From Macrostomum hystrix (Eukaryota > Animalia > Platyhelminthes): a stretch of 64,000 nt of DNA. Made by a program: the position numbers and the translations under genes. This document shows positions 50,201 through 63,630 of the stretch, one piece after another; the first letter of the stretch is position 1, and each line of letters starts with the position of its first letter. Under the pieces are notes generated by a model, which had not been told where the DNA came from, ran no database searches, and was given only the letters and a program-made list of their open reading frames with translations. Where the stretch lies: NCBI GenBank assembly GCA_950097015.1, contig CATNEN010000039.1, positions 3,162,001 to 3,226,000 of the forward strand, read 5' to 3'.

Positions 50201-52101
50201 TAATTGACCTGAATTGTGTAGGGGATCGGTCAGTTAATTGGCCTGAATTGTGTAGGGGATCAGTCAGTTAATTGACCTGAATTGTGTAGGGGATCAGTCA
50301 GTTAATTGGCCTGAATTGTGTAGGGGATCAGTCAGTTAATTGGCCTGAATTGTGTTGGGGATCGGTCAGTTAATTGGCCTGAATTGTTTTGGGGATCGGT
50401 CAGTTAATTCACATGAATTGTGTAGGGGATCGGTCAGTTAATTGACTTGAATTGTGTAGGGGATCGGTCACTTAATTGGCCTGAATTGTGTAGGGGATCA
50501 GTCAGTTAATTCACTTGAATTGTGTAGGGGATCAGTCAGTTAATTGGCCTGAATTGTGTTGGGGATCGTTCAGTTAATTCACTTGAATTGTGTTGGGGAT
50601 CAGTCAGTTAATTGGCCTGAATTGTGTAGGGGATCGGTCAGTTAATTGGCCTGAATTGTGTAGGGGATCAGTCAGTTAATTGACTTGAATTGTGTTGGGG
50701 ATCTGTCAGTTAATTGGCCTGAATTGTGTAGGGGATCGGTCAGTTAATTGGTCTGAATTGTGTAGGGGATCGGTCAGTTAATTGGCCTGAATTGTGTAGG
50801 GGATCAGTCAGTTAATTGACTTGAATTGTGTTGGGGATCTGTCAGTTAATTCACTTGAATTGTGTTGGGGATCAGTCAGTTAATTGGCCTGAATTGTGTT
50901 GGGGATCAGTCAGTTAATTGGCCTGAATTGTGTTGGGGATCGGTCAGTTAATTGGCCTGAATTGTGTAGGGGATCGGTCAGTTAATTGGCCTGAATTGTG
51001 TAGGGGATCGGTCAGTTATTTGACTTGAATTGTGTTGGGGATCGGTCAGTTAATTGACTTGAATTGTGTTGAGGATCGGTCAGTTAATTCACTTGAATTG
51101 TGTTGGGGATCGGTCAGTTAATTGACTTCAATTGTGTAGGGGATCGGTCAGTTAATTGACTTGAATTGTGTAGGGGATCGGTCAGTTAATTGACTTGAAT
51201 TGTGTTGGGGATCAGTCAGTTAATTGGCCTGAATTGTGTTGGGGATCGGTCAGTTAATTGGCCTGAATTGTGTAGCGGATCGGTCAGTTAATTGACTTGA
51301 ATTGTGTAGGGGATCGGTCAGTTAATTGACTTGAATTGTGTAGGGGATCGGTCAGTTAATTGACTTGAATTGTGTTGGGGATCAGTCAGTTAATTGGCCT
51401 GAATTGTGTTGGGGATCGGTCAGTTAATTGGCCTGAATTGTGTAGGGGATCGGTCAGTTAATTGACTTGAATTGTGTAGGGGATCAGTCAGTTAATTGAC
51501 TTGAATTTTGTAGGGGATCGGTCAGTTAATTGACTTGAATTGTGTTGGGGATCGGTCAGTTAATTGACCTGAATTGTGTAGGGGATCGGTCAGTTAATTG
51601 ACCTGAATTGTGTTGGGGATCGGTCAGTTAATTGACCTGAATTGTGTAGGGGATCAGTCAGTTAATTGGCCTGAATTGTGTAGGGGATCGGTCAGTTAAT
51701 TGACCTGAATTGTGTAGGGGAACAGTCAGTTAATTGGCCTGAATTGTGTTGGGGTTCAGTCAGTTAATTGGCCTGAATTGTGTAGGGGATCAGTCAGTTA
51801 ATTGGCCTGAATTGTGTAGGGGATCGGTCAGTTAATTGACCTGAATTGTGTAGGGGATCAGTCAGTTAATTGGCCTGAATTGTGTAGGGGATCAGTCAGT
51901 TAATTGGCCTGAATTGTGTAGGGGATCAGTCAGTTAATTGGCCTGAATTGTGTAGGGGATCGGTCAGTTAATTGACCTGAATTGTGTAGGGGAACAGTCA
52001 GTTAATTGGCCTGAATTGTGTTGGGGATCAGTCAGTTAATTGACTTGAATTGTGTAGGGGATCGGTCAGTTAATTGGCCTGAATTGTGTAGGGGATCAGT
52101 T
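47299..52101. repeat. 34-bp satellite, ~4.8 kb (GGGGATCGGTCAGTTAATTGACTTGAATTGTGTT)
   Basis: Direct reading, about 140 units. Confidence 0.97.
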
Positions 52102-52389
52102 GGATAACTTTACTTGGTTTGGGCAGTCGATAATTTAACCCGAATTTAACGTTTTTTGCTTGCCTAATAATCCTAAAGACTATAATAATTTCTGTTCCTT
52201 ACATTCGCTAATTAATACATTACGATTACCCAGCTTGCCTAATACCTGGTCCAACTTCTCAATCCATTCCGATTCTCAATCTGAATTCTGAATGCGTTAC
52301 CACTCAAATAAGTATGCCCTGTGTGAACTCAAAGCTGAACAATGACCCCCAACTGACCGAAATGTCGCTGCCGCCGCCGCCGCACCCAG

Positions 52390-52462
52390 ACCTGACCCGG
52401 GCCAGCTCTTCTCGGCTCTCCTGGCCTCCCGGCTTGAAGTTTCGAGTCAGATTCAGCACTGG

Positions 52463-52495
<33 letters not shown>

Positions 52496-52601
52496 TGCTG
52501 CGTGCTCTCCGACTTTGCAAACTCCCGCAGGGGAGCAGCAACAGCAGCTCCTTGAGTTGTCTGGCCTAGCTAGCCCTGAGGAGGCGGTCAAGTCCTGCTA
52601 A
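52390..52601 (+). CDS. RALGAPA: Candidate alternative last coding exon A of RalGAP alpha
   Basis: CTGAC branch-like site and ..cgcacccag| acceptor. Phase 1 matches the 46923 donor. GC-rich with a polyQ tract; ends in TAA. Confidence 0.55.
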
Positions 52602-52626
52602 ATTTCTGTTAGTTTCCTCCATAAAC

Positions 52627-55152
52627 TCAGATCCCATCGTTTGAGCAGTAAATTTCCCACAGTTGGAGCAGCCATTGTCCCAGATCCCACAGTTTCGAGC
52701 AGCCCTTAAATCCCAGATCCCACAGTTTTGAGCAGCCCTTAAATCCCAGATCCCACAGTTTTGAGTAGCCCTTATATCCCAGATCCCACAGTTTTGAGCA
52801 GCCCTAAATCCCAGATCCCACAGTTTTGAGCAGCCCTTAAATCCCAGATCCCACAGTTTTGAGCAGCCCTTAAATCCCAGATCCCACAGTTTTGAGTAGC
52901 CCTTATATCCCAGATCCGACAGTTTTGAGCAGCCCTTAAATCCCAGATCCCACAGTTTTGAGCAGCCCTAAATCCCAGATCCCACAGTTTTGAGCAGCCC
53001 TTAAATCCCAGATCCCACAGTTTTGAGCAGCCCTTAAATCCCAGATCCCACAGTTTTGAGCAGCCCTTAAATCCCAGATCCCACAGTTTTGAGCAGCCCT
53101 TAAATCCCAGATCCCACAGTTTTGAGCAGCCCTTAAATCCCAGATCCCACAGTTTTGAGCAGCCCTTAAATCCCAGATCCCACAGTTTTGAGCAGCCCTT
53201 AAATCCCAGATCCCACAGTTTTGAGTAGCCCTTATATCCCAGATCCGACAGTTTTGAGCAGCCCTTAAATCCCAGATCCCACAGTTTTGAGCAGCCCTAA
53301 ATCCCAGATCCCACAGTTTTGAGCAGCCCTTAAATCCCAGATCCCACAGTTTTGAGCAGTCCTTATATCCCAGATCCCACAGTTTTGAGCAGCCCTTAAA
53401 TCCCAGATCCCACAGTTTTGAGCAGCCCTTAAATCCCAGATCCCACAGTTTTGAGCAGCCCTTAAATCCCAGATCCCACAGTTTTGAGCAGCCCTTAAAT
53501 CCCAGGTCCCACAGTTTTGAGCAGCCCTAAATCCCAGATCCCACAGTTTTGAGCAGCCCTTAAATCCCAGATCCCACAGTTTTGAGCAGCCCTTAAATCC
53601 CAGGTCCCACAGTTTTGAGCAGCCCTTAAATCCCAGATCCCACAGTTTTGAGCAGCCCTTAAATCCCAGATCCCACAGTTTTGAGCAGCCCTTATATCCC
53701 AGATCCCACAGTTTTGAGCAGCCCTAAATCCCAGATCCCACAGTTTTGAGCAGCCCTTAAATCCCAGATCCCACAGTTTTGAGCAGCCCTTAAATCCCAG
53801 GTCCCACAGTTTTGAGCAGCCCTTAAATCCCAGATCCCACAGTTTTGAGCAGCCCTTAAATCCCAGATCCCACAGTTTTGAGCAGCCCTTATATCCCAGA
53901 TCCCACAGTTTTGAGCAGCCCTAAATCCCAGATCCCACAGTTTTGAGCAGCCCTTAAATCCCAGATCCCACAGTTTTGAGCAGCCCTTAAATCCCAGATC
54001 CCACAGTTTTGAGCAGCCCTAAATCCCAGATCCCACAGTTTTGAGCAGCCCTTAAATCCCAGATCCCACAGTTTTGAGCAGCCCTTAAATCCCAGATCCC
54101 ACAGTTTTGAGCAGCCCTTAAATCCCAGATCCCACAGTTTTGAGTAGCCCTTATATCCCAGATCCGACAGTTTTGAGCAGCCCTTAAATCCCAGATCCCA
54201 CAGTTTTGAGCAGCCCTAAATCCCAGATCCCACAGTTTTGAGCAGCCCTTAAATCCCAGATCCCACAGTTTTGAGCAGTCCTTATATCCCAGATCCCACA
54301 GTTTTGAGCAGCCCTTAAATCCCAGATCCCACAGTTTTGAGCAGCCCTAAATCCCAGATCCCACAGTTTTGAGCAGCCCTTAAATCCCAGATCCCACAGT
54401 TTTGAGCAGCCCTTAAATCCCAGATCCCACAGTTTTGAGCAGCCTTTAAATCCCAGATCCCACAGTTTTGAGCAGCCCTTAAATCCCAGATCCCACAGTT
54501 TTGAGTAGCCCTTATATCCCAGATCCGACAGTTTTGAGCAGCCCTTAAATCCCAGATCCCACAGTTTTGAGCAGCCCTAAATCCCAGATCCCACAGTTTT
54601 GAGCAGCCCTTAAATCCCAGATCCCACAGTTTTGAGCAGCCCTTAAATCCCAGATCCCACAGTTTTGAGCAGCCCTTAAATCCCAGATCCCACAGTTTTG
54701 AGCAGCCTTTAAATCCCAGATCCCACAGTTTTGAGCAGCCCTTAAATCCCAGATCCCACAGTTTTGAGTAGCCCTTATATCCCAGATCCGACAGTTTTGA
54801 GCAGCCCTTAAATCCCAGATCCCACAGTTTTGAGCAGCCCTAAATCCCAGATCCCACAGTTTTGAGCAGCCCTTAAATCCCAGATCCCACAGTTTTGAGC
54901 AGTCCTTATATCCCAGATCCCACAGTTTTGAGCAGTCCTTAAATCCCAGATCCCACAGTTTTGAGCAGCCTTAAATCCCAGATCCCACAGTTTTGAGCAG
55001 CCTTTAAATCCCAGATCCCACAGTTTTGAGCAGCCCTTAAATCCCAGATCCCACAGTTTTGAGCAGCCCTTAAATCCCAGATCCCACAGTTTTGAGCAGC
55101 CCTTAAATCCCAGATCCCACAGTTTTGAGCAGCCCTTATATCCCAGATCCCA
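52627..55152. repeat. 33-bp satellite (TCCCAGATCCCACAGTTTTGAGCAGCCCTTAAA)
   Basis: Direct reading. Confidence 0.97.
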
Positions 55153-55959
55153 GTGTGAGCTGTGCTCCATGCAGCCCATGTTTGGAGCCAGGAATGCCTT
55201 AGACTGTCACTATCGCGGGTAGTTTCTGCTATCACTAGCCCCTATCTGGCTGTCTCAAACACTTTCCTCCAGACTTATAAGTATGTTTTCCATTCAATTT
55301 TGGTGTTGTTTTGCCTTTTTTCAACTGGCACCTACTATTGTTGTTCTTAACCGGTATATCCTCACTGAGCTACTATGCACTAGCCTCACTATGTTTTCTT
55401 TTTCAGAAATTTCGTATATCACGGCTGACTAGAAATTATTTTTAACTGAAATGTCTATCTAATTTTATTAGAGAACATGTACCTATTAGTTTGTAGTATA
55501 ATATTGTAGGGGGCTACCATTGTAATAAATTAGAAATTAATTAACAGCGTTACTAAACAGGCAACAATTGCATACCTCACATATTACTATGCAGTAGTAA
55601 GTTTCGATTGGCTGAAAAATTCGCACAGCTATTCTTTACTTCCGTTTCATCTAGCCGTCAGTTGACAGCTTGGTTTACCTGGTAAATTAAATCACAAATG
55701 TGATTCATGTGCTTGTCTGTTCGTCTGTATTTTTTTAATACCTCTCTCTGCTAGCGCCGTTCAGCATGTGTGGCTGCTAGAACTGAGTGCAATAGAATCA
55801 CCGATTATCTCTGACTGTGTGTGTAAGCATGCGAATTTTGTATTGTAAATAATGCAACCTCAATATAGTTTGCCAAAATTTCAATTTATGATCCAGTGGT
55901 ATCGAGGAACCGTAGTAAAAATAGCTGAAATAATCGCAGCAAGAACACCTTAGAGGATA

Positions 55960-58900
55960 AGGAAAATAATTGAGAATCGCAGCAGGAAAATAATTGAGAA
56001 TCGCAGCAGGAAAATAATTGAGAATCGCAGCAGGAAAATAATTGAGAATCGCAGCAGGAAAATAATTGAGAATCGCAGAGAATAGAGAATCGCAGCAGGA
56101 AAATAATAGAGAATCGCAGAAGGAAAATAATAGAGAATCGCAGCAGGAAAATAATAGAGAATCGCAGCAGGAAAATAATTGAGAATCGCAGCAGGAAAAT
56201 AATTGATAATCGCAGCAGGAACCGCTTAAAGAATCGGATCAAGAATCGACTAGAGAATCGCAGCAGGAAAATAATTGAGAATCGCAGCAGGAAAATAATT
56301 AAGAATCGCAGCAGGAAAATAATAGAGAATCGCAGCAGGAAAATAATAGAGAATCGCAGCAGGAAAATAATTGAGAATCGCAGCAGGAAAATAATTGAGA
56401 ATCGCAGCAGGAAAATAACAAAGAATCGCAGCAGGAAAATAATAGAGAATCGCAGCAGGAAAATAATTGAAAATCGCAGCAGGAAAATAATAAAGAATCG
56501 CAGCAGAAAAATAATTGAGAATCGCAGCAGGAAAATAATTGAGAATCGCAGCAGGAACCGCTTAAAGAATCGGATCAAGAATCGACTAGAGAATCGCAGC
56601 AGGAAAATAATTGAGAATCGCAGCAGGAAAATAATAGAGAATCGCAGCAGGAAAATAATAGAGAATCGCAGCAGGAAAATAATTGAGAATCGCAGCAGGA
56701 AAATAATTGAGAATCGCAGCAGGAAAATAATTGAGAATCGCAGCAGGAAAATAACAAAGAATCGCAGCAGGAAAATAATAGAGAATCGCAGCAGGAAAAT
56801 AATTGAAAATCGCAGCAGGAAAATAATAAAGAATCGCAGCAGGAAAATAATTGAGAATCGCAGCAGGAAAATAATTGAGAATCGCAGCAGGAAAATAATA
56901 GAGAATCGCAGCAGGAAAATAATTGAGAATCGCAGCAGGAAAATAATTGAGAATCGCAGCAGGAAAATAATTGAGAATCGCAGAGAATAGAGAATCGCAG
57001 CAGGAAAATAATAGAGAATCGCAGAAGGAAAATAATAGAGAATCGCAGCAGGAAAATAATAGAGAATCGCAGCAGGAAAATAATTGAGAATCGCAGCAGG
57101 AAAATAATAGAGAATCGCAACAGGAAAATAATTGAGAATCGCAGCAGGAACCGCTTAAAGAATCGGATCAAGAATCGACTAGAGAATCGCAGCAGGAAAA
57201 TAATTGAGAATCGCAGCAGGAAAATAATAGAGAATCGCAGCAGGAAAATAATAGAGAATCGCAGCAGGAAAATAATTGAGAATCGCAGCAGGAAAATAAT
57301 TGAGAATCGCAGCAGGAAAATAATTGAGAATCGCAGCAGGAAAATAACAAAGAATCGCAGCAGGAAAATAATAGATAATCGCAGCAGGAAAATAATTGAA
57401 AATCGCAGCAGGAAAATAATAAAGAATCGCAGCAGGAAAATAATTGAGAATCGCAGCAGGAAAATAATAGAGAATCGCAGCAGGAAAATAATTGAGAATC
57501 GCAGCAGGAAAATAATAGAGAATCGCAGCAGGAAAATAATTGAGAATCGCAGAGAATAGAGAATCGCAGCAGGAAAATAATAGAGAATCGCAGAAGGAAA
57601 ATAATAGAGAATCGCAGCAGGAAAATAATAGAGAATCGCAGCAGGAAAATAATAGAGAATCGCAGCAGGAAAATAATAGAGAATCGCAACAGGAAAATAA
57701 TTGAGAATCGCAGCAGGAACCGCTTAAAGAATCGGATCAAGAATCGACTAGAGAATCGCAGCAGAAAAATAATTGAGAATCGCAGCAGGAAAATAATAGA
57801 GAATCGCAGCAGGAAAATAATAGAGAATCGCAGCAGGAAAATAATTGAGAATCGCAGCAGGAAAATAATTGAGAATCGCAGCAGGAAAATAATTGAGAAT
57901 CGCAGCAGGAAAATAATAGAGAATCGCAGCAGGAAAATAATTGAGAATCGCAGCAGGAAAATAATAGAGAATCGCAGCAGGAAAATAATTGAGAATCGCA
58001 GCAGGAAAATAATTGAGAATCGCAGCAGGAAAATAATTGAGAATCGCAGCAGGAAAATAATAGAGAATCGCAACAGGAAAATAATTGAGAATCGCAGCAG
58101 GAACCGCTTAAAGAATCGGATCAAGAATCGACTAGAGAATCGCAGCAGGAAAATAATTGAGAATCGCAGCAGGAAAATAATAGAGAATCGCAGCAGGAAA
58201 ATAATAGAGAATCGCAGCAGGAAAATAATTGAGAATCGCAGCAGGAAAATAACAGAGAATCGCAGCAGGAAAATAATTGAGAATCGCAGCAGGAAAATAA
58301 TTGAAAATCGCAGCAGGAAAATAATAAAGAATCGCAGCAGGAAAATAATTGAGAATCGCAGCAGGAAAATAATTGAGAATCGCAGCAGGAAAATAATTGA
58401 GAATCGCAGCAGGAAAATAATAGAGAATCGCAGCAGGAAAATAATAGAGAATCGCAGCAGGAAAATAATTGAGAATTGCAGCAGGATAATAATAGAGAAT
58501 CGCAGCAGGAAAATAATTGAGAATCGCAGCAGGATAATAATAGAGAATCGCAGCAGGAAAATAATAGAGAATCGCAGCAGGAAAATAATAGAGAATCGCA
58601 GCAGGAAAATAATAGAGAATCGCAGAAGGAAAATAATTGAGAATCGCAGCAGGAAAATAATAGAGAATCGCAGCAGGAAAATAATAGAGAATCGCAGCAG
58701 GAAAATAATAGAGAATCGCAGCAGGAAAATAACAAAGAATCGCAGCAGGAAAATAATAGATAATCGCAGCAGGAAAATAATTGAAAATCGCAGCAGGAAA
58801 ATAATAAAGAATCGCAGCAGGAAAATAATTGAGAATCGCAGCAGGAAAATAATTGAGAATCGCAGCAGGAAAATAATTGAGAATCGCAGCAGGAAAATAA

Positions 58901-59612
58901 TTGAGAATCGCAGCAGGAAAATAATTGAGAATCGCAGCAGGAAAATAATAGAGAATCGCAGCAGGAAAATAATTGAGAATTGCAGCAGGATAATAATAGA
59001 GAATCGCAGCAGGAAAATAATTGAGAATCGCAGCAGGATAATAATAGAGAATCGCAGCAGGAAAATAATTGAGAATCGCTGCAGGAAAATAATTAAGAAT
59101 CGCAGCAGGAAAATAATAGAGAATCGCAGCAGGAAAATAATAGAGAATCGCAGCAGGAAAATAATTGAAAATCGCAGCAGGAAAATAATAGAGAATCGCA
59201 GCAGGAAAAAAATAGAGAATCGCAGCAGGAAAATAATAGAGAATCGCAGCAGGAAAATAATAGAGAATCGCAGCAGGAAAATAATAGAGAATCGCAGCAG
59301 GAAAATAATAGAGAATCGCAACAGGAAAATAATTGAGAATCGCAGCAGGAACCGCTTAAAGAATCGGATCAAGAATCGACTAGAGAATCGCAGCAGGAAA
59401 ATAATTGAGAATCGCAGCAGGAAAATAATAGAGAATCGCAACAGGAAAATAATTGAGAATCGCAGCAGGAACCGCTTAAAGAATCGGATCAAGAATCGAC
59501 TAGAGAATCGCAGCAGGAAAATAATTGAGAATCGCAGCAGGAAAATAATAGAGAATCGCAGCAGGAAAATAATAGAGAATCGCAGCAGGAAAATAATTGA
59601 GAATCGCAGCAA
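55960..59612. repeat. 24-bp satellite (GAGAATCGCAGCAGGAAAATAATT) with higher-order structure
   Basis: Direct reading; recurring variant block gaaccgcttaaagaatcggatcaagaatcgacta. Confidence 0.97.
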
Positions 59613-60199
59613 TAACAGTTAAAGTTATCTGAGTTGCTTTCTGTGTACTTTATTTGCCTGCTTTCAATGCTTTTTCGTCGTATTTCAAGTCCTTGTCCGA
59701 ATGGGTTTCTAAGTAAAGGTTGCTTGCGTTCAAAACAGGAATAGGGAATATTTTAGGACCGCCTTGTGTGCTGAGGCGCGTGTCATGCGAACGAACTGAA
59801 CATGTCTCTGCAAATGCTGCACAACTTTTAAGCTTGGCTTTTCCCATTACTTGTTATTGTATTATTTAGAATTATTGAACTGTAGAATCAAAGCACGCTT
59901 ATTACTCTTAGTGTTCCAGTATGTTAGTGTTGTCTATCCGCACTCAAACTCTAGTTCCAGCACCCGCCGCTTATCTATCGTAGAATTTGACGATATTAAG
60001 AAAGAGGCCTTTAAACATTTTTAAAAGCCCATAACTCGTTAGAACTTTTATCACCCAAAACTGCTTCTTGACTCTTTTATCAGAGTCATCCCAGAGTCAT
60101 TGCATTGAACAATCAGAATGCTGACTACTATGAACTTTTACTGTGCTTTAACTGTACAGTCCCGAAAAAATCCTGAAAAGAAGCACCGGTTGTTATGGA

Positions 60200-60650
60200 T
60201 TCTGAATTCCCGAAAATAAACAGTCATTGTCAAGCATTCCGAATTCCCGAAAAAACAGCCATTGTCAAGCATTCCGAATTCCCGAAAATAACCAGCCATT
60301 GTCAATTATTCCGAATTCCCGAAAATAACCAGCCATTGTCAATTATTCCGAATTCCCGAAAATAACCAGCCATTGTCAAGTATTCCGAATTCCCGAAAAT
60401 AAACAGTCATTGTCAGGTATTCCGAATTCCCGAAAATAAACAGTCATTGTCAAGCATTCCGAATTCCCGAAAAAACAGCCATTGTCAAGCATTCCGAATT
60501 CCCGAAAATAACCAGCCATTGTCAATTATTCCGAATTCCCGAAAATAACCAGCCATTGTCAATTATTCCGAATTCCCGAAAATAACCAGCCATTGTCAAG
60601 TATTCCGAATTCCCGAAAATAACCAGCCATTGTCAATTATTCCGAATTCT
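60200..60650. repeat. 37-bp array (ATTCCGAATTCCCGAAAATAACCAGCCATTGTCAATT)
   Basis: Direct reading; abuts the acceptor at 60665. Confidence 0.95.
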
Positions 60651-60665
60651 CGTTTCCCAATGCAG

Positions 60666-60814
60666 AGCTCGACCTGTCCGTGACGCAGCGGATTCGCCAG
60701 TCGTCTCGCCGGGCCACCAGATCGATTCGCCGCTCAGTGCCAGTCCTGATGCCCTCGCCGGCTTCAACCATTTCAGCATCAAATTCTGGACCACAAAAGA
60801 GTCCTCGTCCTTAG
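60666..60814 (+). CDS. RALGAPA: Candidate alternative last coding exon B of RalGAP alpha
   Basis: Acceptor ctcgtttcccaatgcag|. Phase 1 gives ELDLSVTQRIRQSSRRATRSIRRSVPVLMPSPASTISASNSGPQKSPRP*. GC-rich island in AT-rich DNA. Confidence 0.55.
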
Positions 60815-61002
60815 TAACCGGGGGAGATTTCCGAATTTCGTTTTTTATCGAATCGAGAACTCTTGCAGAAAGAGTTAAAAGAGTTTTTTAGCTTCTATCG
60901 CGTTACATTTCTAAAGCGTTACATTTCTAAAGCGTTACATTTAATAGTTGAAGGACCAGGCTATTTCCCCCTGGGTAAAGATCATCGAGGTTATTTAAAA
61001 TA

Positions 61003-63630
61003 CTCACTGCCTAATTCACAATAGCTCCCAAACTGAATGACCCACTGCCTAATTCACGATAGCTCCCAAACTGAATGACCCACTGCCTAATTCACGATAG
61101 CTCCCAAACTGAATGACCCACTGCCTAATTCACGATAGCTCCCAAACTGAATGACTCACTGCCTAATTCACAATAGCTCCCAAACTGAATGACTCACTGC
61201 CTAATTCACGATAGCTCCCAAACTGAATGACCCACTGCCTAATTCACGATAGCTCCCAAACTGAATGACTCACTGCCTAATTCACAATAGCTCCCAAACT
61301 GAATGACCCACTGCCTAATTCACAATAGCTCCCAAACTGAATGACTCACTGCCTAATTCACGATAGCTCCCAAACTGAATGACTCACTGCCTAATTCATG
61401 ATAGCTCCCAAACTGAATGACTCACTGCCTAATTCATGATAGCTCCCAAACTGAATGACTCACTGCCTAATTCATGATAGCTCCCAAACTGAATGACTCA
61501 CTGCCTAATTCATGATAGCTCCCAAACTGAATGACTCACTGCCTAATTCACGATAGCTCCCAAACTGAATGACTCACTGCCTAATTCATGATAGCTCCCA
61601 AACTGAATGACTCACTGCCTAATTCACGATAGCTCCCAAACTGAATGACTCACTGCCTAATTCACAATAGCTCCCAAACTGAATGACCCACTGCCTAATT
61701 CATGATAGCTCCCAAACTGAATGACTCACTGCCTAATTCATGATAGCTCCCAAACTGAATGACCCACTGCCTAATTCATGATAGCTCCCAAACTGAATGA
61801 CCCACTGCCTAATTCACAATAGCTCCCAAACTGAATGACCCACTGCCTAATTCACGATAGCTCCCAAACTGAATGACCCACTGCCTAATTCACGATAGCT
61901 CCCAAACTGAATGACCCACTGCCTAATTCACGATAGCTCCCAAACTGAATGACTCACTGCCTAATTCACGATAGCTCCCAAACTGAATGACCCACTGCCT
62001 AATTCATGATAGCTCCCAAACTGAATGACCCACTGCCTAATTCACGATAGCTCCCAAACTGAATGACTCACTGCCTAATTCACGATAGCTCCCAAACTGA
62101 ATGACCCACTGCCTAATTCACGATAGCTCCCAAACTGAATGACCCACTGCCTAATTCACGATAGCTCCCAAACTGAATGACTCACTGCCTAATTCACGAT
62201 AGCTCCCAAACTGAATGACCCACTGCCTAATTCATGATAGCTCCCAAACTGAATGACCCACTGCCTAATTCACGATAGCTCCCAAACTGAATGACTCACT
62301 GCCTAATTCACAATAGCTCCCAAACTGAATGACCCACTGCCTAATTCACGATAGCTCCCAAACTGAATGACCCACTGCCTAATTCACAATAGCTCCCAAA
62401 CTGAATGACCCACTGCCTAATTCACGATAGCTCCCAAACTGAATGACTCACTGCCTAATTCACAATAGCTCCCAAACTGAATGACTCACTGCCTAATTCA
62501 CAATAGCTCCCAAACTGAATGACTCACTGCCTAATTCACAATAGCTCCCAAACTGAATGACCCACTGCCTAATTCACGATAGCTCCCAAACTGAATGACT
62601 CACTGCCTAATTCACAATAGCTCCCAAACTGAATGACCCACTGCCTAATTCACAATAGCTCCCAAACTGAATGACTCACTGCCTAATTCACAATAGCTCC
62701 CAAACTGAATGACCCACTGCCTAATTCACGATAGCTCCCAAACTGAATGACTCACTGCCTAATTCACAATAGCTCCCAAACTGAATGACTCACTGCCTAA
62801 TTCACAATAGCTCCCAAACTGAATGACCCACTGCCTAATTCACGATAGCTCCCAAACTGAATGACCCACTGCCTAATTCACAATAGCTCCCAAACTGAAT
62901 GACCCACTGCCTAATTCACGATAGCTCCCAAACTGAATGACCCACTGCCTAATTCACGATAGCTCCCAAACTGAATGACCCACTGCCTAATTCACGATAG
63001 CTCCCAAACTGAATGACCCACTGCCTAATTCACAATAGCTCCCAAACTGAATGACCCACTGCCTAATTGATGATAGCTCCCAAACTGAATGACTCACTGC
63101 CTAATTGATGATAGCTCCCAAACTGAATGACTCACTGCCTAATTCACGATAGCTCCCAAACTGAATGACCCACTGCCTAATTCACGATAGCTCCCAAACT
63201 GAATGACTCACTGCCTAATTCACGATAGCTCCCAAACTGAATGACCCACTGCCTAATTCACGATAGCTCCCAAACTGAATGACCCACTGCCTAATTCATG
63301 ATAGCTCCCAAACTGAATGACCCACTGCCTAATTGATGATAGCTCCCAAACTGAATGACCCACTGCCTAATTCACGATAGCTCCCAAACTGAATGACTCA
63401 CTGCCTAATTCATGATAGCTCCCAAACTGAATGACCCACTGCCTAATTGATGATAGCTCCCAAACTGAATGACCCACTGCCTAATTCACGATAGCTCCCA
63501 AACTGAATGACCCACTGCCTAATTCACGATAGCTCCCAAACTGAATGACCCACTGCCTAATTGATGATAGCTCCCAAACTGAATGACCCACTGCCTAATT
63601 CACGATAGCTCCCAAACTGAATGACCCATT
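61003..63630. repeat. 38-bp satellite (CACTGCCTAATTCACGATAGCTCCCAAACTGAATGACC)
   Basis: Direct reading. Confidence 0.97.

Noticed and set aside
57168-59612. 814-aa ORF (LLRFSIIF)n and neighbouring ORFs
   Set aside because: Translation of the 24-bp satellite; the unit length is 3n and stop-free by chance. No gene context.
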